NCBI RefSeq assembly: GCF_046119375.1
Contig: NW_027362762.1
Span: 90,768,001 to 90,832,000, forward strand
From: Phyllobates terribilis
Lineage: Eukaryota
Direction: 5' to 3'
Length of the DNA: 64,000 bases
A model generated the notes under the pieces. It was given only the letters and a program-made list of their open reading frames with translations, made no database searches and was not told the DNA's origin. Below are positions 57,701-64,000 of the stretch, piece after piece (position 1 is the first letter of the stretch; each line of letters opens with the position of its first letter). The position numbers and the translations under genes were made by a program.

Positions 57701-60700
57701 CCCTCTCCTCGGTCCCCTCCAGGAGCCCTCTACTCGGTCCTCTCCAGGAGCCCTCTCCTCGGTCCTCTCCACTCCAGGAGCCCTCTCCTCGGTCCCCTCC
57801 AGGAGCCCTCTCCTCGGTCCTCTCCAGCAGCCCTCTCCTCGGTCCCCTCCAGCAGCCCTCTCCTCGGTCCCCTCCAGCAGCCCTCTCCTCGGTCCCCTCC
57901 AGCAGCCCACTCCCCTCGGTCCTCTCCAGCAGTCCACTCCCCTCGGTCCTCTCCAGCAGCCCACTCCCCTCGGTCCTCACCAGCAGCCCACTCCGGCAGC
58001 CCTGTCCTCGGTCCTCTCCAGGAGCCCTCTCCTCGGTCCTCTCCAGGAGCCCTCTCCTCGGTCCTCTCCAGGAACCCTCTCCTCGGTCCTCTCCAGGAGC
58101 CCTCTCCTCTGTCCTCTCCACTCCATGAGCCCTCTCCTCGGTCCTCTCCAGGAGCCCTCTCCTCGGTCCCCTCCAGGAGCCCTCTCCTCGGTCCCCTCCA
58201 GCAGCCCACTCCCCTCGGTCCCCTCCAGCAGCCCACTCCCCTCGGTCCCCTCCAGCAGCCCACTCCCCTCGGTCCTCTCCAGCAGCCCTCTCCTCGGTCC
58301 CCTCCAGGAACCCTCTCCTCGGTCCTCTCCAGCAGCCCTCTCCTCGGTCCTCTCCAGCAGCCCTCTCCTCGGTCCTCTCCACGAGCCCTCTCCTCGGTCC
58401 TCTCCACGAGCCCTCTCCTCGGTCCTCTCCACGAGCCCTCTCCTCGGTCCTCTCCACGAGCCCTCTCTTCAGTTCTCTCCAGCAGCCCGCTCCTCGGTCC
58501 TCTCCTGCAGCCCTCTGTTCTGTTCTCTCCAGCAGCCCTCTGTTCGGTCCTCTCCACGAGCCCTCTCCTCGGTCCTCTCCAGCAGCCCTCTCCTCGGTAC
58601 TCTCCATGAGCCCTCTCTTCAGTTCTCTCCATGAGCCCTCTCTTCAGTTCTCTCCAGCAGCCCTCTCCTCGGTCCTCTCCAGCAGCCCTCTCCTCGGTCC
58701 TCTCCTGCAGCCCTCTCCTCGGTCCTCTCCTGCAGCCCTCTCCTCGGTCCTCTCCTGCAGCCCTCTCCTCGGTCCTCTCCAGCAGCCCTCTCCTCGGTCT
58801 TCTCCAGCAGCCCTCTCCTCGGTCCTCTCCATGAGCCCTCTCTTCGGTTCTCTCCAGCAGCCCTCTCCTCGGTTCTCTCCAGCAGCCCTCTCCTCGGTCC
58901 TCTCCTGCAGCCCTCTGTTCTGTTCTCTCCAGCAGCCCTCTCCTCGGTCCTCTCCTGCAGCCCTCTGTTCTGTTCTCTCCTGCAGCCCTCTCCTCGGTCC
59001 TCTCCAGGAGCCCTCTCCTCGGTCCTCTCCAGGAGCCCTCTCCTCGGTCCTCTCAAGGAACCCTCTCCTCGGTCCTCTCCATGAGCCCTCTCCTCGGTCC
59101 TCTCCACGAGCCCTCTCCTCGGTCCTCTCCACGAGCCCTCTCCTCGGTCCTCTCCACGAGCCCTCTCTTCAGTTCTCTCCAGCAGCCCGCTCCTCGGTCC
59201 TCTCCTGCAGCCCTCTGTTCTGTTCTCTCCAGCAGCCCTCTCCTCGGTCCTCTCGAGCAGCCCTCTCCTCGGTCCCCTCCAGGAGCCCTCTCCTCGGTCC
59301 CCTCCAGGAGCCCTCTCCTCGGTCCCCTCCAGGAGCCCTTTCCTCGGTCCCCTCCAGGAGCCCTCTCCTCGGTCCCCTCCAGCAGCCCTCTCCTCGGTCC
59401 CCTCCAGCAGCCCTCTCCTCGGTCCTCTCCAGCAGCCCTCTTCTCGGTCCCCTCCAGGAGCCCTCTCCTCGGTTCTCTCCAGCAGCCCTCTCCTCGGTTC
59501 TCTCCAGCAGCCCTCTCCTCGGTCCCCTCCAGGAGCCCTCTCCTCGGTCCCCTCCAGGAGCCCTCTCCTCGGTCCCCTCCAGGAGCCCTCTCCTCGGTCC
59601 TCTCCAGGAGCCCTCTCCTCGGTCCTCTCCACTCCAGGAGCCCTCTCCTCGGTCCCCTCCAGGAGCCCTCTCCTCGGTCCCCTCCAGGAGCCCTCTCCTC
59701 GGTCCTCTAAAGCAGCCCTCTCCTCGGTCCCCTCCAGCAGCCCTCTCCTCGGTCCCCTCCAGCAGCCCTCTCCTCGGTCCCCTCCAGCAGCCCACTCCCC
59801 TCGGTCCTCTCCAGCAGTCCACTCCCCTCGGTCCTCTCCAGCAGCCCACTCCCCTCGGTCCTCACCAGCAGCCCACTCCGGCAGCCCTGTCCTCGGTCCT
59901 CTCCAGGAGCCCTCTCCTCGGTCCTCTCCAGGAGCCCTCTCCTCGGTCCTCTCCAGGAACCCTCTCCTCGGTCCTCTCCATGAGCCCTCTCCTCGGTCCT
60001 CTCCAGGAGCCCTCTCCTCGGTCCCCTCCAGGAGCCCTCTCCTCGGTCCCCTCCAGGAGCCCTCTCCTCGGTCCCCTCCAGCAGCCCACTCCCCTCGATC
60101 CCCTCCAGCAGCCCACTCCCCTCGGTCCTCTCCAGCAGCCCTCTCCTCGGTCCCCTCCAGGAACCCTCTCCTCGGTCCTCTCCAGCAGCCCTCTCCTCGG
60201 TCCTCTCCAGCAGCCCTCTCCTCGGTCCTCTCCACGAGCCCTCTCCTCGGTCCTCTCCACGAGCCCTCTCCTCGGTCCTCTCCACGAGCCCTCTCCTCGG
60301 TCCTCTCCACGAGCCCTCTCCTCGGTCCTCTCCACGAGCCCTCTCTTCAGTTCTCTCCAACAGCCCGCTCCTCGGTCCTCTCCTGCAGCCCTCTGTTCTG
60401 TTCTCTCCAGCAGCCCTCTCCTCGGTCCTCTCCAGCAGCCCTCTCCTTGGTCCCCTCCAGGAGCCCTCTCCTCGGTCCCCTCCAGGAGCCCTCTCCTCGG
60501 TCCCCTCCAGGAGCCCTTTCCTCGGTCCCCTCCAGGAGCCCTCTCCTCGGTCCCCTCCAGCAGCCCTCTCCTCGGTCCCCTCCAGCAGCCCTCTCCTCGG
60601 TCCTCTCCAGCAGCCCTCTTCTCGGTCCCCTCCAGGAGCCCTCTCCTCGGTTCTCTCCAGCAGCCCTCTCCTCGGTTCTCTCCAGCAGCCCTCTCCTCGG

Positions 60701-63700
60701 TCCCCTCCAGGAGCCCTCTCCTCGGTCCCCTCCAGGAGCCCTCTCCTCGGTCCCCTCCAGGAGCCCTCTACTCGGTCCTCTCCAGGAGCCCTCTCCTCGG
60801 TCCTCTCCACTCCAGGAGCCCTCTCCTCGGTCCCCTCCAGGAGCCCTCTCCTCGGTCCTCTCCAGCAGCCCTCTCCTCGGTCCCCTCCAGCAGCCCTCTC
60901 CTCGGTCCCCTCCAGCAGCCCTCTCCTCGGTCCCCTCCAGCAGCCCACTCCCCTCGGTCCTCTCCAGCAGTCCACTCCCCTCGGTCCTCTCCAGCAGCCC
61001 ACTCCCCTCGGTCCTCACCAGCAGCCCACTCCGGCAGCCCTGTCCTCGGTCCTCTCCAGGAGCCCTCTCCTCGGTCCTCTCCAGGAGCCCTCTCCTCGGT
61101 CCTCTCCAGGAACCCTCTCCTCGGTCCTCTCCAGGAGCCCTCTCCTCTGTCCTCTCCACTCCATGAGCCCTCTCCTCGGTCCTCTCCAGGAGCCCTCTCC
61201 TCGGTCCCCTCCAGGAGCCCTCTCCTCGGTCCCCTCCAGCAGCCCACTCCCCTCGGTCCCCTCCAGCAGCCCACTCCCCTCGGTCCCCTCCAGCAGCCCA
61301 CTCCCCTCGGTCCTCTCCAGCAGCCCTCTCCTCGGTCCCCTCCAGGAACCCTCTCCTCGGTCCTCTCCAGCAGCCCTCTCCTCGGTCCTCTCCAGCAGCC
61401 CTCTCCTCGGTCCTCTCCACGAGCCCTCTCCTCGGTCCTCTCCACGAGCCCTCTCCTCGGTCCTCTCCACGAGCCCTCTCCTCGGTCCTCTCCACGAGCC
61501 CTCTCTTCAGTTCTCTCCAGCAGCCCGCTCCTCGGTCCTCTCCTGCAGCCCTCTGTTCTGTTCTCTCCAGCAGCCCTCTGTTCGGTCCTCTCCACGAGCC
61601 CTCTCCTCGGTCCTCTCCAGCAGCCCTCTCCTCGGTACTCTCCATGAGCCCTCTCTTCAGTTCTCTCCATGAGCCCTCTCTTCAGTTCTCTCCAGCAGCC
61701 CTCTCCTCGGTCCTCTCCAGCAGCCCTCTCCTCGGTCCTCTCCTGCAGCCCTCTCCTCGGTCCTCTCCTGCAGCCCTCTCCTCGGTCCTCTCCTGCAGCC
61801 CTCTCCTCGGTCCTCTCCAGCAGCCCACTCCTCGGTCTTCTCCAGCAGCCCTCTCCTCGGTCCTCTCCATGAGCCCTCTCTTCGGTTCTCTCCAGCAGCC
61901 CTCTCCTCGGTTCTCTCCAGCAGCCCTCTCCTCGGTCCTCTCCTGCAGCCCTCTGTTCTGTTCTCTCCAGCAGCCCTCTCCTCGGTCCTCTCCTGCAGCC
62001 CTCTGTTCTGTTCTCTCCTGCAGCCCTCTCCTCGGTCCTCTCCAGGAGCCCTCTCCTCGGTCCTCTCCAGGAACCCTCTCCTCGGTCCTCTCCAGGAACC
62101 CTCTCCTCGGTCCTCTCCAGGAACCCTCTCCTCTGTCCTCTCCAGGAACCCTCTCCTCTGTCCTCTCCAGGAGCCCTCTCCTCGGTCCCCTCCAGGAGCC
62201 CTCTCCTCGGTCCCCTCCAGGAGCCCTCTCCTCGGTCCACTCCAGCAGCCCACTCCCCTCGGTCCCCTCCAGCTGCCCACTCCCCTCGGTCCTCTCCAGC
62301 AGCCCTCTCCTCGGTCCCCTCCAGGAACCCTCTCCTCGGTCCTCTCCAGCAGCCCTCTCCTCGGTCCTCTCCAGCAGCCCTCTCCTCGGTCCTCTCCAGC
62401 AGCCCTCTCCTCGGTCCTCTCCAGCAGCCCTCTCCTCGGTCCTCTCCAGCAGCCCTCTCCTCGGTCCTCTCCACGAGCCCTCTCCTCGGTCCTCTCCACG
62501 AGCCCTCTCTTCAGTTCTCTCCAGCAGCCCGCTCCTCGGTCCTCTCCTGCAGCCCTCTGTTCTGTTCTCTCCAGCAGCCCTCTCCTCGGTCCTCTCCACG
62601 AGCCCTCTCCTCGGTCCTCTCCACGAGCCCTCTCCAGCAGCCCTCTCCTCGGTCCTCTCCTGCAGCCCTCTGTTCTGTTCTCTCCAGCAGCCCTCTCCTC
62701 GGTCCTCTCCTGCAGCCCTCTGTTCTGTTCTCTCCAGCAGCCCTCTCCTCGGTCCTCTCCAGCAGCCCTCTCCTCGGTCCTCTCCATGAGCCCTCTCTTC
62801 AGTTCTCTCCAGCAGCTCTCTCCTCGGTTCTCTCCAGCAGCCCTCTCCTCGGTCCTCTCCTGCAGCCCTCTGTTCTGTTCTCTCCAGCAGCCCTCTCCTC
62901 GGTCCTCTCCTGCAGCCCTCTGTTCTGTTCTCTCCAGCAGCCCTCTCCTCGTTCCTCTCCAGCAGCCCTCTCCTCGGTCCTCTCCAGGAACCCTCTCCTC
63001 GGTCCTCTCCAGGAACCCTCTCCTCGGTCCTCTCCAGGAACCCTCTCCACTCCAGGAGCCCTCTCCTCGGTCCCCTCCAGGAGCCCTCTCCTCGGTCCCC
63101 TCCAGGAGCCCTCTCCTCGGTCCCCTCCAGGAGCCCTCTCCTCGGTCCCCTCCAGGAGCCCTCTCCTCGGTCCCCTCCAGCAGCCCACTCCCCTCGGTCC
63201 CTTCCAGCAGCCCACTCCCCTCGGTCCTCTCCAGCAGCCCTCTCCTCGGTCCCCTCCAGGAACCCTCTCCTCGGTCCTCTCCAGCAGCCCTCTCCTCGGT
63301 CCTCTCCAGCAGCCCTCTCCTCGGTCCTCTCCAGCAGCCCTCTCCTCGGTCCTCTCCAGCAGCCCTCTCCTCGGTCCTTTCCAGCAGCCCTCTCCTCGGT
63401 CTTCTCCACGAGCCCTCTCCTCGGTCCTCTCCACGAGCCCTCTCTTCAGTTCTCTCCAGCAGCCCGCTCCTCGGTCCTCTCCTGCAGCCCTCTGTTCTGT
63501 TCTCTCCAGCAGCCCTCTCCTCGGTCCTCTCCACGAGCCCTCTCCTCGGTCCTCTCCAGCAGCCCTCTCCTCGGTCCTCTCCATGAGCCTTCTCTTCAGT
63601 TCTCTCCAGCAGCCCTCTCCTCGGTTCTCTCCAGCAGCCCTCTCCTCGGTCCTCTCCTGCAGCCCTCTGTTCTGTTCTCTCCAGCAGCCCTCTCCTCGGT

Positions 63701-64000
63701 CCTCTCCTGCAGCCCTCTGTTCTGTTCTCTCCTGCAGCCCTCTCCTCGGTCCTCTCCTCGGTCCTCTCCAGGAGCCCTCTCCTCGGTCCTCTCCAGGAAC
63801 CCTCTCCTCGGTCCTCTCCAGGAACCCTCTCCTCGGTCCTCTCCAGGAACCCTCTCCTCGGTCCTCTCCAGGAACCCTCTCCTCTGTCCTCTCCAGGAAC
63901 CCTCTCCTCTGTCCTCTCCAGGAGCCCTCTCCTCGGTCCCCTCCAGGAGCCCTCTCCTCGGTCCCCTCCAGGAGCCCTCTCCTCGGTCCCCTCCAGGAGC
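45720..64000. repeat. Giant minisatellite, 25-bp unit (C/G)AGCCCTCTCCTCGGTC(C/T)CTCCAG-type, roughly 730 units, continues past the window end
   Basis: Direct reading; pyrimidine-rich plus strand; rare-variant markers recur at kb spacings. Confidence 0.99.

Noticed and set aside
45672-63586. ORFs of up to 2505 aa (SSPLLGPLQQPSPR / ERTEERAAGEDRGEG repeats) as mucin-like or structural genes
   Set aside because: Open in nearly all frames on both strands because the 25-bp unit lacks stops; the unit length is not a multiple of 3 and indels are frame-indifferent.
45720-64000. CRISPR-like array
   Set aside because: Contiguous tandem units with no unique spacers, no cas genes, eukaryotic context.

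Overview
Eukaryotic, transposon-saturated vertebrate DNA, most likely from a frog judging by the repeat families (inference). No intact host gene was found. (1) Positions <1 to ~21.9 kb hold a decayed NOF/Rehavkus-type Mutator-superfamily DNA transposon. It is bounded by inverted arrays of a 164-bp unit and encodes a PHD finger, a DDE transposase and a spliced cysteine-protease-like tail. A Penelope-like (Neptune-type) retroelement has inserted into it, and a very young Ty3/gypsy chromovirus has inserted into that; both insertions keep their target-site duplications. (2) At ~22.5-25.1 kb is a CpG-rich promoter plus a frameshifted MED17 exon 1, followed by a G-rich 52-bp minisatellite. (3) 25-30 kb holds DIRS retrotransposon remnants. 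(4) 30-43 kb holds MITEs, Tc1 fragments, a shattered L1 and hammerhead-ribozyme-bearing Penelope-type repeats. (5) 43-45.7 kb is a piggyBac remnant whose transposase 5' coding region runs directly into a >=18.3-kb array of a 25-bp minisatellite with kb-scale higher-order duplications. The very long ORFs in that array are artefacts of a stop-free repeat unit. All family assignments are by motif recognition; no database searches were run.
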